Source of the DNA: Schmidtea nova
Taxonomy: Eukaryota
Reading direction: 5' to 3'
NCBI GenBank assembly: GCA_044892505.1
Contig: CM097883.1
Location: 42,036,001-42,100,000, forward strand
DNA: 64,000 bases
Numbering within the stretch: position 1 is the stretch's first letter; each line of letters starts with the position of its first letter. Shown here piece by piece: positions 47,901 through 59,678 of the stretch. Position numbers and translations under genes: made by a program. A model generated the notes under the pieces. The model was not told the DNA's origin. It did no database searches and worked only from the letters and a program-made list of their open reading frames with translations.

Positions 47901-50450
47901 TTAAATATTTTTTTATTTTAATGTTATTATTTAAATATCCTCAACAAATATATTTCTTTTATTAATATTAAAAAAATATTCAAATTTACAATAAAAATAT
48001 GGTTCTGGTGCTTTATTTGTGAATAACTATAGTTTACAGACATCGCACAATCATTGAACATGTTACTCAGTAAATTACTTCTCCGCATCCATATCCGGTA
48101 ATTGTGAAATAAACGTAATTTATTAAACAGTACTTTCTACTCAGCTCTACGAGGAGATGCCCCAATGTCATGGCGAGTGACAAGCACTCATGTTCACATC
48201 GAATCACAACTATCAACCACATTTATTATGTTTCTTATATATATAAATGCGAATATTGCGCTATGATAACTGAAAATAATGATTTGCATCATCCTTTTGA
48301 GAAATTGAATTTCTGAAAATAAGCTTTTCTTAACAGGTTCACTTCTAGACGAAATTCAAATAAATGATTGAAATAAATATTATAAATAAAAATACAAGCA
48401 TAAATTTGTATATATTTTGTTTTTTAATTCGTTCTACTGATTAATTAATTAGTAGTATTGACTTGATGTTTACAATCAGAGTGTAAATGTTAAGAATATT
48501 AAATTGTCAAACAAAATAGTGCTATTATTGTGATTTGGTACTTATTTGGAAAGGGATTTATGAAAAACAATTTTCATTGGACACTTACATAGATTTCAAT
48601 GAACTAATTGGAAAAAAAAATATTTAACGTCTTCAAGGCAATTATTTTCAAAAAGCTTACAAAATGACTTCATAAACTTTTTGTAGAACTTTTCTGTAAA
48701 ATCGAATTGTTAGTAAAATTGAATCAGCAGTGTCTAAAAGTTCGTGTGTGTGTGTCTGATGATGTAAAGAGTAGTTCAGTAAAAGAAATTAAGAAATAAT
48801 TGTTATACTTGTGCTTCTTTCTTATTCATATTGTTACTACAAGAGCATTCGTGGTGCGTGTGTATGCCATACCCAAAACATAGATTAACGTAAGTTTTTC
48901 TTTAAAAAATTCTTATTTTTCATCGAGCTTTTGTTGTACTATACTGTTAATGCAGATATAATAAAAGTCATGAAATTTCGGAAGAATTCAAGTTTAAAGT
49001 GTCAATGAAATAAGATGTGAAATGGAACAAAGACTTCAAGAGGAAAGAGATCAGAATAGCTTAAATAAAACTGAGAGAATAGTACGTGCTCTAGTAAAGG
49101 AATTTTACGATAAATCGACACGGAAAATGCAAATAACATTGATATTTTTTATCATATTCTTACTCGTTTCTCCATTTGCCGTCTGTAAATACCAATTCCA
49201 TTCACGAAATATCAGTTTTTAATTAATCTTTTGTACTTATTTATCTATTGTAAATTTTACATTTTCCAACCTTTTATTGATTTGACCCCAGTCTCCAAGA
49301 TGGTGTTTTTAATGTCCTCAACATATTGATTGAGAGGAAGTATTAAAAAATAAATAATAAAGCTGTCAGATGGACATTATAATATCAGATAAAATTTATT
49401 CCATCAGAAATACAGCATTTCTAAATTCATTCTGCTGTAAGCAGAAATATATGTAAGTAATTCGAAACATGCATGCATACAAATTTGTAAAATGAGTTCA
49501 AATGCATGAAACAGCTAGATAAACAAATAATAAATACATCCGGGTCTATTTACATCTGTCTAACTTACACATGAACTGTCTTAAGTATTAAATCATCTCC
49601 TTTATATCACTTCAAATATTACGTGAGTAAGACGTAAATATTTATCTTTTTAGCAGATTGAATTTAAAAATGGTGCATTAAACACAAATGGAAAATTTAC
49701 CAATTCAAAATTTGATTTTTGAAAGTAAATATTGAAAAATTATATTTTTAATTAGTTCATTGAAATCTTTATTAAACTGTCTTCTGTACCAATAAAACTG
49801 TTTCTCATAAAACCTTCCAAATAAAGTACCAAATCACAAGGTTTGTTGTGAGAAAAGATATTTTGATAATTTGTTTTAATAAAGCGATAACCCCATAGGT
49901 AGAGAACGCGCAAGATTTCATTTTTAACCTTAGCTTCCATTAAAAATCCAACAATTAAGTGGAAAACACCAAAAGGTGAAGTGGAATCAAAACACATCAA
50001 ATTCTTTTCAACGGTTGCTCTTTGCTATTGGTAACACATACCCATTGAATATTTTGTCGTTTGTGTACAATAGTGCTGAACTTGAATTCTTCCGAAACTT
50101 CATGACCTTTATTATAGCTGCATTAACTGTATATTACATCAAAAGCTCAAGAAAAATAAGAAATTTCTTTTTAAAACAAGTATAGGTTAATCTATTTTAT
50201 GGGTATGGCATACATACGCACCAAGAATGCTATTGCAGCAACAAAATGAATTAAAAACATGCATAGGTTTAATAATTTTGATCTTTATTTCTTTTACTCA
50301 ACTGCTTTTTACACCATGAGACACACGCACATGGAGTTTATTTGTCATGAGCATAGCTTTTGCAGATTTTTGCTCGGTGTTCAATGCATCGGGGCTTTTA
50401 CCCATGAACTCTTTCTATTTTTCTCGCTGGTCTTTTGGCAAATTAAGTCT

Positions 50451-51264
50451 TATTGGGGTTTAATTAAAATTAGTCATATACAAAAGTAAAAAGCATAAAA
50501 ACTTAGTAAAAATCAATAAAAGTATAAAATTTTGAAAATTAATTAAAATTTGAGAAAATTTGAAAATATGGATTTAGTGGTGGAAATTGGTATGGGTGGA
50601 TACCGAAAATTGAGACGAATCCAAAAATTATAAAATAAAATTAATGGGGGATCCCCAGAAAAAGGAATTAATTAATTAATTAATTAAAAGTTAGTTGATT
50701 AATGGGAAGCCTGAGACAATGAAGAGCCGGAATAGTGTGGGAAGCCTGGATGAGCAGTATGACAGGTAATTATCCCTGAGAAAATTAATTTTAAGGGAAA
50801 CCCGAAGAACATCGTTGACGGAGGGATAATTGGCAGTTTTGGAAATATCAAATAGGGAAACACCGCCAGAAAGTTTCATCAGATAGTGGAAATCCATCAA
50901 AAGGAGCACTATAAAAAGGAGATGCAAAATACCAAAGTTTGCCAGAGTGGTCGAAGACAAAAAGTGAGTAAAGGATTATCATCGAGAAAACAAAGTAAAC
51001 GAGTTAGAAGGAACAGTTAAAAGAGGTGAAGTTGAATTCATTATTCACGTCATAGCAGAAAGGGAGATCTTCTTTTGGAAGACTTATCCCTGCGCTAAGT
51101 TAGAAAAGCAGTTCAATGTTATACATAGACTTGTTGTCAGAAATATATCAAAGATTTGTGCTAATTCTAGTTTCGAATAAATTATTCTGTGTTTGGTTAT
51201 TTTATTGAATCAATCTTAAGAACACCGAGGAGTCAGTGCCAACTAATTAAATAAATACCCAACA
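50451..51264 (+). mobile_element. Solo LTR, TGTTGGG...CCCAACA family
   Basis: tattggggttt ... aaatacccaaca, internal aatgggaagcc repeats, possible 4-bp TSD gtct/gttt. Confidence 0.7.
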
Positions 51265-51449
51265 GTTTTATCATATTTAATGACTTTTGTATTGACTTCA
51301 TAGCCTAATATATCAGTTCCATCTGCATTTAATATTTTATCTACTTGTCTACAAAGTGGTAAGCTGCGTTTTCAGGATCGCAAAATGATATTCGTGCTAT
51401 CTAGCAACACTTTTGCATAGGTAAGTGAAACGAATGGAGCCATAATTAG

Positions 51450-51900
51450 TTGCAATATGAATAAGGTTTGAAAATATCGCATATATCTTACGCCACCATT
51501 TTATTTAAAAACCATTCATTTTTTTCAAAAATGTCAACGCCTGACTTGTTGCGATTATATTCTAAAACTGTTGTTTACTTTTGGTTGACCAAAGAAGTGA
51601 GTATAACGCGATGTAAAATGTAAATCGGCAAAACTAAATTTGCTCATTTATCCCAGAAAGACACAACTACTACGTTTTTGCCATCATACTTCTTTTTGGT
51701 GCCCTTTTGTACTCTTCCAAGTATTGATGGCGAAGCTGGTGTCACTTTGTGACTGTTAAGCCGAATCGTTCTAATATAAGAAATGCGCTGCTGTTTCATT
51801 TCATTGACGACCTGGAGCTTCAACATGGAGTCAAAATTTTGAGATGGTATTTTAGACGTGAGTGATACCTTCTTCGTATTTCTACTGTCTTCTTGATAAA
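51450..51900 (-). pseudogene. Heavily eroded mariner-like transposase remnant
   Basis: KGTKKKYDGKNVVVVSFWDK resembles the mariner KxMxxVFWD motif; the rest is frameshifted. Confidence 0.4.
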
Positions 51901-52378
51901 AACAAAAAGGCTTCCTAGAGGAAAAGAAGACGACAAATGGATGTCAACATCTTCAGAAACATAATTCTAGGTCACATGTTGCCAAAGTAATAACCAACAT
52001 GTTGTGAGGTTTTCTTTTTAATTTTCTACCTCATCCTCACCAGCTATGGCCATCAAATTTCTTTCTACTCTTGCCTTTTAAAAACTTTAATCAAATTTAC
52101 AATAAAATATTATTGATAATAAACTCGTTTTAAAGCAGTGGTAGACAACATTTTTTAAGAGTGGGTAAATTACAATATTTGTGCTTCTCTATGGGGTAAC
52201 TAAGTAAAAATTTACTCAGTATTTTTTATTAATTTTTTATTATAATATTACATAATATGTTATAAAAAGTTATAAAAAGTTTAAAATATTAATGATTGAT
52301 GACTTCCTTGATGTTGAAACTCTTTGCACAATTTTTATAAATTAGGTTGGTATTTTGTTAGTTTCAATATGATGCAGG

Positions 52379-53321
52379 TGTTGAGGATACCTAAATAAAA
52401 AATTTATAAATAAATAAATAAAATTACCTGGGGGAAAATCGTCATGACGAATGAGACGGTTAATGAGAACTCGGAAAAAACGGAAATAAAAAGAAATGAG
52501 AAATGAGAAAGAGGAATCAGACAAGAAAACAAAAACAAAGGTCAGCACTAATTAATAAGTACAAAAGGAAAAGGAATTTAAGAATCGGGAAAACAGAAAC
52601 AACAACACTATACTTATCTCGACAATTTGTCAGAGATAACGGGAACAAAAAAACAGGCCGGAGCGGCAAAAAGGAAAAAAATAAATTAGCCCAAGTGCCG
52701 AGCTGTCAAAGACAGCATGAGAGCTGTAAAAAGTATGGGAAATGCCAGATGCAGAAATAGAAAAAAACTAATTAGTCCGAGTGCCGAGCTGTCAAAGACA
52801 GCATGGGAGTTCTAAAAAATTATGGGAAATGTCAGAAGCAGAAATGGAATAAAAACAAGTTGTCCCGAGTGCCGAACTGGCAAGGGCAATATGGCAGTTT
52901 TAGAGAGAAAATTGAAAATGCCAAATACAGGAGTGGCAAAGGCGAAGCGGCATGAGTGACGGACGATGGCAAACTATAAAAGGCGAAAGCAATCTAAACC
53001 AAATCAGAAGTAAAGTCGGAGAAGTAAAATTGGAGAAACAAAGTTGGAGAAGCGAAGTGGTAACTAAAATTTGAATTAGAGAAGTTGTACGATATTTGAA
53101 AATTAAAGTGGAGAATTCGAGTGTAATTGGAAAGTGAATTTGAAGAAATTTGTATTTGAGAAATTAGAGTTACGTGATATTGTTGAAAACCGATACTGAG
53201 ATAATAATTAAACGTTGTAACGGAATCTGAATTGAATAAAAAGAAGTCAGATTATATTTAATAAAGTCAAGTCAAAACAAAAAAACAATCGCAACTAATT
53301 TACCCAATTATTGCATCAACA
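52379..53321 (+). mobile_element. Solo LTR of a second family, with three tandem repeats of about 87 bp
   Basis: tgttga...tcaaca ends, possible TSD cagg/cagc, repeats at 52690, 52776 and 52864 (cc-agtgccga-ctg-caa-gaca), TATA-like ctataaaagg at 52974, aataaa downstream. Confidence 0.65.
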
Positions 53322-53577
53322 CAGCGGCTAGTGATTGTTAGAATATTTGGTTATTATACACTTGGAGCTATTCCTCACGAAGTGTCGCAATAAGCTCCGT
53401 ATAATTGCCTTCTTGAGTGTTGAATCGATCATGTTATTATAATTCGTGTAATTAATGAGATAATCAATAAACGTTTATATTGTCAGAGAATTGTTATTTT
53501 GTGGAGCAAATAAAGCACGCTTTGTAGTCTTATATTTGATTGGTAACTTTTACCATTTCACCAACAATCTAATAACC

Positions 53578-53720
53578 CTACATCGGTACCTGAGTCAATT
53601 TGTTCCTCATTGAATTTAAAACAAATTTCATTTGGGAAAATATTTGTTCACAACTATAGTGGGAACCAAAAGCCGATAACAGAGCAAACCCAGAGCTGCT
53701 AGAAAATATTTTGCTTTCTT
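53578..53720 (-). pseudogene. hAT transposase C-terminal dimerisation-domain fragment (Charlie/Buster-like)
   Basis: LLSAFGSHYSCEQIFSQMKFVLNSMRNKLT matches the FGSTYxCEQxFSxMK...RxxLT motif. Confidence 0.85.
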
Positions 53721-53959
53721 CCTTAAACTTTTGAATGTAATTTACGACTTCCAATTGGGTTTTCAGTGCAATATTCATACAATAAAAAATATAAAATTTA
53801 GAAAACAATTTTTTCAAAAACAAAAAAAATCCTAAGTAAGGTACTTGGCAGGATTGGGTAATTGAATATATAGACAGGGGTAAGGGGTTGACTATCAATG
53901 TGCTAGAGCTTATATTAGATATCTCACAATCTAAGTAAATTACTGCCAGGTATTCTTAC

Positions 53960-54220
53960 GCGGTAATTGCGAAATAAACGTTATTTATTAAACAGAACTT
54001 TCTACTCAGCTCTACGATGAAAGCGACAAGCAGGAATCACTTCTCTCAATCACGTTTACTACGTTCCTTATTCATATAAATGTAAACATTGTGCTTTGAT
54101 AACTGAACATAATACTTTGCATAATAACTACAAGAAACCTAATTTCTGAAAAGAAACTTTCCTTAACAGGTTCATTTCTAGCCGAAATTCAAATAAATGA
54201 TTGAAATAAATATTATAAAC
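53960..54220 (-). repeat. Old, diverged partial copy of module A
   Basis: ggtaattgcgaaataaacg...tctactcagctctacga...ccttaacaggttcatttctag aligns with A but has many substitutions and deletions. Confidence 0.75.
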
Positions 54221-54616
54221 TAGGTTCTTCTAAGGCGCCAAGGCGCCCCCTTAGTCAATTTTTTACTTTTGGCAGTTACATTTTTTAGTATTAAATAATT
54301 GAAAAAAAATAAATGTTTTTTTTAAAGTTGTTAACTTTTAACTTAGAATTTTATTCAACTTATTATGACATGGCCTAAAGAATTTCATTGTACACAATGT
54401 TTCGTGTGAATACACGATCGTCACCTAACAAATATTAATTATAATATTAATTATAATATTAATTAAATATTAATTACAAAAAATATTAATTATAATACAT
54501 ATGTATATATATATAAATATATATATGATATCATATTTAATATATCATATTTAATTTAAAAGATATTGAATATAATAATAATTATTAGCTACTTATTATA
54601 ATAATTTGCAAACTTT

Positions 54617-54771
54617 NNNNNNNNNNNNNNNNNNNNNNNNNNNNNNNNNNNNNNNNNNNNNNNNNNNNNNNNNNNNNNNNNNNNNNNNNNNNNNNNNNNN
54701 NNNNNNNNNNNNNNNNNNNNNNNNNNNNNNNNNNNNNNNNNNNNNNNNNNNNNNNNNNNNNATATCTTGTT
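54617..54771. other. Assembly gap (155 N)
   Basis: N run. Confidence 0.99.
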
Positions 54772-57329
54772 TTTTAATTCGTTCTACTGATTAATTAATC
54801 AGCAGTATTGACTTGATTTTTACAATCAAAATGTAAATGTCAAGAATATTAAAACTTTTCTTTTGACATTCATTGCTAAATGTCAAACAAGATAGTGATA
54901 ATATTTAAAAAAGAAATTTTGATCAAAATATCTTTTCTCACAACAAACCTTGTGATTTGGTACTTTATTTGGAAGGTTTTATGAGAAACAGTTTTATTGG
55001 TACAGAAGACAGTTTAATAAAGATTTCAATGAACTAATTAAAAATATAATTTTTCAATATTTACTTTCAAAAATCAAATTTTGAATGGGTAAATTTTCCA
55101 TTTGTGTTTATAATGCACCATTTTTAAATTCAATCTGCTAAAAAGATAAATATTTACGTCTCACTCACGTAATATTTGAAGTGATATAAAGGAGATGATT
55201 TAATACTTAAGACAGTTCATGTGTAAGTTAGACAGATGTAAATAGACCCGGATGTATTTATTATTTGTTTATCTAGCTGTTTCATGCATTTGAACTCATT
55301 TCACAAATTTGTATGCATGCATGTTTCGAATTACTTCCATATATTTCTGCTTACAGCAGAATGAATTTAGAAATGCTGTATTTCTGATGGAATAAAATTT
55401 TATCTGATATTATAATGTCCATCTGACAGCTTTATTATTTATTTTTTAATACTTCCTCTCAATCAATATGTTGAGGACATTAAAAACACCATCTTGGAGA
55501 CTGGGGTCAAATCAATAAAAGGCTGGAAAATGTAAAATTTACAATAGATAAATAAGTACAAAAGATTAATTAAAAATTGATATTTCGTGAATGGAATTGG
55601 TATTTACAGACGGCAAATGGAGAAACGAGTAGGAATATGATAAAAAATATCAATGTTATTTGCATTTTCCGTGTCGATTTATCGTAAAATTCCTTTACTA
55701 GAGCACGTACTATTCTCTCAGTTTTATTTAAGCTATTCTGATCTCTTTCCTCTTGAAGTCTTTGTTCCATTTCACATCTTATTTCATTGACACTTTAAAC
55801 TTGAATTCTTCCGAAATTTCATGACTTTTATTATATCTGCATTAACAGTATAGTACAACAAAAGCTCGATGAAAAATAAGAATTTTTTTAAAGAAAAACT
55901 TACGTTAATCTATGTTTTGGGTATGGCATACACACGCACCACGAATGCTCTTGTAGTAACAATATGAATAAGAAAGAAGCACAAGTATAACAATTATTTC
56001 TTAATTTCTTTTACTGAACTACTCTTTACATCATCAGAGACACACACACGAACTTTTAGACACTGCTGATTCAATTTTTACTAACAATTCGATTTTACAG
56101 AAAATTCTACAAAAAGTTTATGAAGTCATTTTGTAAGCTTTTTGAAAATAATTGCCTTGAAGACGTTAAATATTTTTTTTTCCAATTAGTTCATTGAAAT
56201 CTATGTAAGTGTCCAATGAAAATTGTTTTTCATAAATCCCTTTCCAAATAAGTACCAAATCACAATAATAGCACTATTTTGTTTGACAATTTAATATTCT
56301 TAACATTTACACTCTGATTGTAAACATCAAGTCAATACTACTAATTAATTAATCAGTAGAACGAATAAAAAAACGAAATATATACAAATTTATTCTTGTA
56401 TTTTTATTTATAATATTTATTTCAATCATTTATTTGAATTTCGTCTAGAAGTGAACCTGTTAAGAAAAGCTTCTTTTCAGAAATTCAATTTCTCAAAAGG
56501 ATGATGCAAATCATTATTTTCAGTTATCAAAGCGCAATATTCGCATTTATATATATAAGAAACATGATAAATGTGGTTGATAGTTGTGATTCGATGTGAA
56601 CATGAGTGCTTGTCACTCGCCATGACATTGGGGCATCTCCTCGTAGAGCTGAGTAGAAAGTACTGTTTAATAAATTACGTTTATTTCACAATTACCGGAT
56701 ATGGATGCGGAGAAGTAATTTACTGAGTAACATGTTCAATGATTGTGCGATGTCTGTAAACTATAGTTATTCACAAATAAAGCACCAGAACGAGGGTATT
56801 ATCAACCATATTTTTATTGTAAATTTGAATATTTTTTCAATTTTAATAAAAGAAATATATTTGTTGAGGATATTTAAATAATATCATTAAAATAAAAAAT
56901 TATTTAAATTAATAAATTAATTAGAGGAAACCTGGTAGGATAAATGAGACAATCCTCTGAAACTTGGATTGGAAATTAAGTAAAAAGATTATTTTTTATG
57001 ATTATTTTTTATGATTATTTTTATGCGTCTAGTGAGTAAATAATGATGAAATTAATATTGAGAATGTCAGATTTTTGTCCTAAAGAGAGGAAAAGTTACA
57101 AATAAATGTAATGAGACTCATTTAAAAGGTTGTTCAAAAGAATGTGTCACTTATAAAAGAAAAATCAATGACAATATTACTGCTGATCACGTCTTAATCA
57201 GCTGATATAATTTTCTGGGGACCCAGAAAAGAAGGTGCTACCTACATTAAAAAAAAGTATAAGATAAACAGTTTTAAAGTAAGTCTTTATAAGATTAAGA
57301 GTAAAAGACTTTGCAGTGACATTCTAATA

Positions 57330-57900
57330 TGGTAAGAGAGTGCCTTTGCTAATGTTAATTATTAAATTGAGGGCATTAAAGGTCTCCGCATCGCACAACT
57401 AAATAAATTTGATTTCGGAATTATCTAGTTTTGTGGTGATATATTTTTTTATTGAACACTCGCATTAAACTCTAGAAGCTGTTTATCTATAGTCAGCCTT
57501 TGATACGTATCAGTTAGGTCCAATCAGCTTCTTGTTAAAGACTTAAGTTATACTTCTGCCAGGAGCCAACCTATCTTACTTATATCTTCATAATTGGACG
57601 TCGAATCGAAATATTGGTTTAATTTGAAGAAAACTCTTCATAATCATCGTTACTCTGCATATAGATAATCTATCTCAGACAGACCATAGTTCCTCAACCT
57701 TTTTATATCTGGCCCCCGTAATTATTAACAAACCAATGAATGTTTAAAGTTTATCCAGTACAATCATTTTCCATTTCTTCTTTCTCTTGTTATTGCTGTT
57801 GTTGCATTTCGCAATACGCCTTTGATCTTGAAAATTTATGTAGTACTTTGTATCCTGAAAAATAACATCTTAAAACATAAACACTTCTTCGCTTTTACTA
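57330..57900 (-). pseudogene. piggyBac transposase remnant
   Basis: TFIGLLIITG...EELWS...RVTMIMKSFLQIKPIFRFD...DRLAPGR...LTIDKQLLEF...YITTKLDNSEIKFI*LCDAETF follows the PGBD motif order. Confidence 0.88.
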
Positions 57901-58772
57901 GATGGGTTAACAGCAAAGACAGGACCAGTGCGGAAATTGATTACATTGTGTATAGAGTGACGAGCTCAGCTTGTTGGAGCAGTAATTGATCAAGATGTAC
58001 CAGAAGATGAAAATTAATCTTTTTCTATGTGGACACACCTTCATCATTCCTGTCACTGTTAGAATATACGTTTGTTAGGCAACAGTCTTATCATCATTGT
58101 TACTGTCACCATCAGATTTATAGCCATTTGCAGAATCTTTGCAGATCCTTTTTGAATGAATGTTCATTTCTGAGCCGCAAGAGTTGATAAATGCAATCTT
58201 CATAATAATTTCCCAATACTTTTTCATATATTATAAATTTTTTTAATCTAAAATAATAATTTCATATCGCAGGAAATATGCAGAGAAAAATATTTCTCTA
58301 ATAGCAATCATTTTTTACAGTTACGAATGATATTAATACAAGTAATCTTGGACAGTCAAGGAACTTGAAACGATGCAAATATTATTTCTATTAAAACAAC
58401 TTTTTCAATAAAAAATTGAAATCTTGACTATAACATTCTTGATAAAGTTATAATATAGTTAGTCTATTACCTTTGCAATGAGCCGCATAAATTTCTAATT
58501 GACAACATTGGATTATTGAATAATGGGTAAGCCATATCCATAACATGGGTAATACCTGATTTATTTTCACGATGGATAACAGTTATGTTAACAGTATGTC
58601 AATAAATAAAAAGTGTTTATTTCAATATTTTTACCACCAATCAGAGATATATTTAGGTTGGAACATGCCTCTGGCACAGACGAAAATATTTGGCCCTTCA
58701 AAAAATGAGAGACGCGAAATAAAAATACATGTTAGCCATTTTTTTGCATAAAATAAAATTATTATGTACTAT

Positions 58773-59678
58773 TGTTGGGTTGCTTGAACAGGCATGAAAT
58801 AAAAAGAAAAAGCACAAATTTATGTGCAAACAATGATAAAACACATAACCTAAAAAATGATAATTAAAGTACAAAAATTAGTTTAAAATTTTGAAAAATA
58901 AAGATTTAATCGGGGAAACTGGTATAGGAGGATGTCAAATGATGAGACGAATTCATATATAGTTATATAAAATTAAAAATGGGTCCCCAGAAAAATATAT
59001 TCGATAAATAAAAATTAATTAAAAATTAATAAATAATTTATTAGTTAAATAGAAAACTCGAGCTAATGGGAAGCCCAAGCTAATCGGAAGCCCGAGCTAA
59101 TTGGAAACCCGAGCGATCTGGGAAACGCGGTCGTCAACAAAATAATTAGATTATCCAAGAGAGTTGCATGATTAAAAGATGCCTCGGGAAAAGCCGAAAA
59201 ATCAATTTGCCCAAAACAAATTAAACCTGGAGGCAAACCCCAGTCATAGGACAATTTGATTATTTTGTTTAGAAAACCTTAAAAGCAATTATAAAAAATT
59301 AAATTAAAGCGACAGGCTGAAGTGGTAAAGTTACTATATAAACTCAGTGTGAGTTTCCAGAATCACCAGTATGGTTGAAGATAAAAATTTGTAATTCGTA
59401 GTAATAAATCAGAAACGACAGAAAGAAAACTTAAAAGAAAACTAAAAGGTAAAGTGTCGGTTTAACCAATTTTTTTGTGTATCAGAAAGGAAGTGTTGTT
59501 TATTGGGTTGACTACCCTAAAGCTAGAAGAGTGCAGAAAACATTTTATAACTTGGTATAATTGAAATTGTGTTTGATCAATTTGAAAATAAAGATTATTG
59601 TGTTGGGTTTAATTCATTATTGTCAAAGAAATAACAAAGGAGTCAGATACCAATCAACTATTCGTAAATAACCCAACA
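58773..59678 (+). mobile_element. Solo LTR, TGTTGGG...CCCAACA family, 906 bp
   Basis: Perfect 9-bp terminal inverted repeat tgttgggtt / aacccaaca and four gagctaat-ggaa-ccc repeats. No clear TSD. Confidence 0.75.

Larger units (their letters stand above)
47603..56968. repeat. Large inverted duplication: arms 47603-49867 and 54922-56968 (flank + truncated A + B + C), spacer about 5 kb
   Basis: Continuous reverse-complement match from tccaagtttcagaggattgtctc to gaaaagatattttgat. The MEQRLQ ORF lies on opposite strands (49022+, 55570-). Confidence 0.92.
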
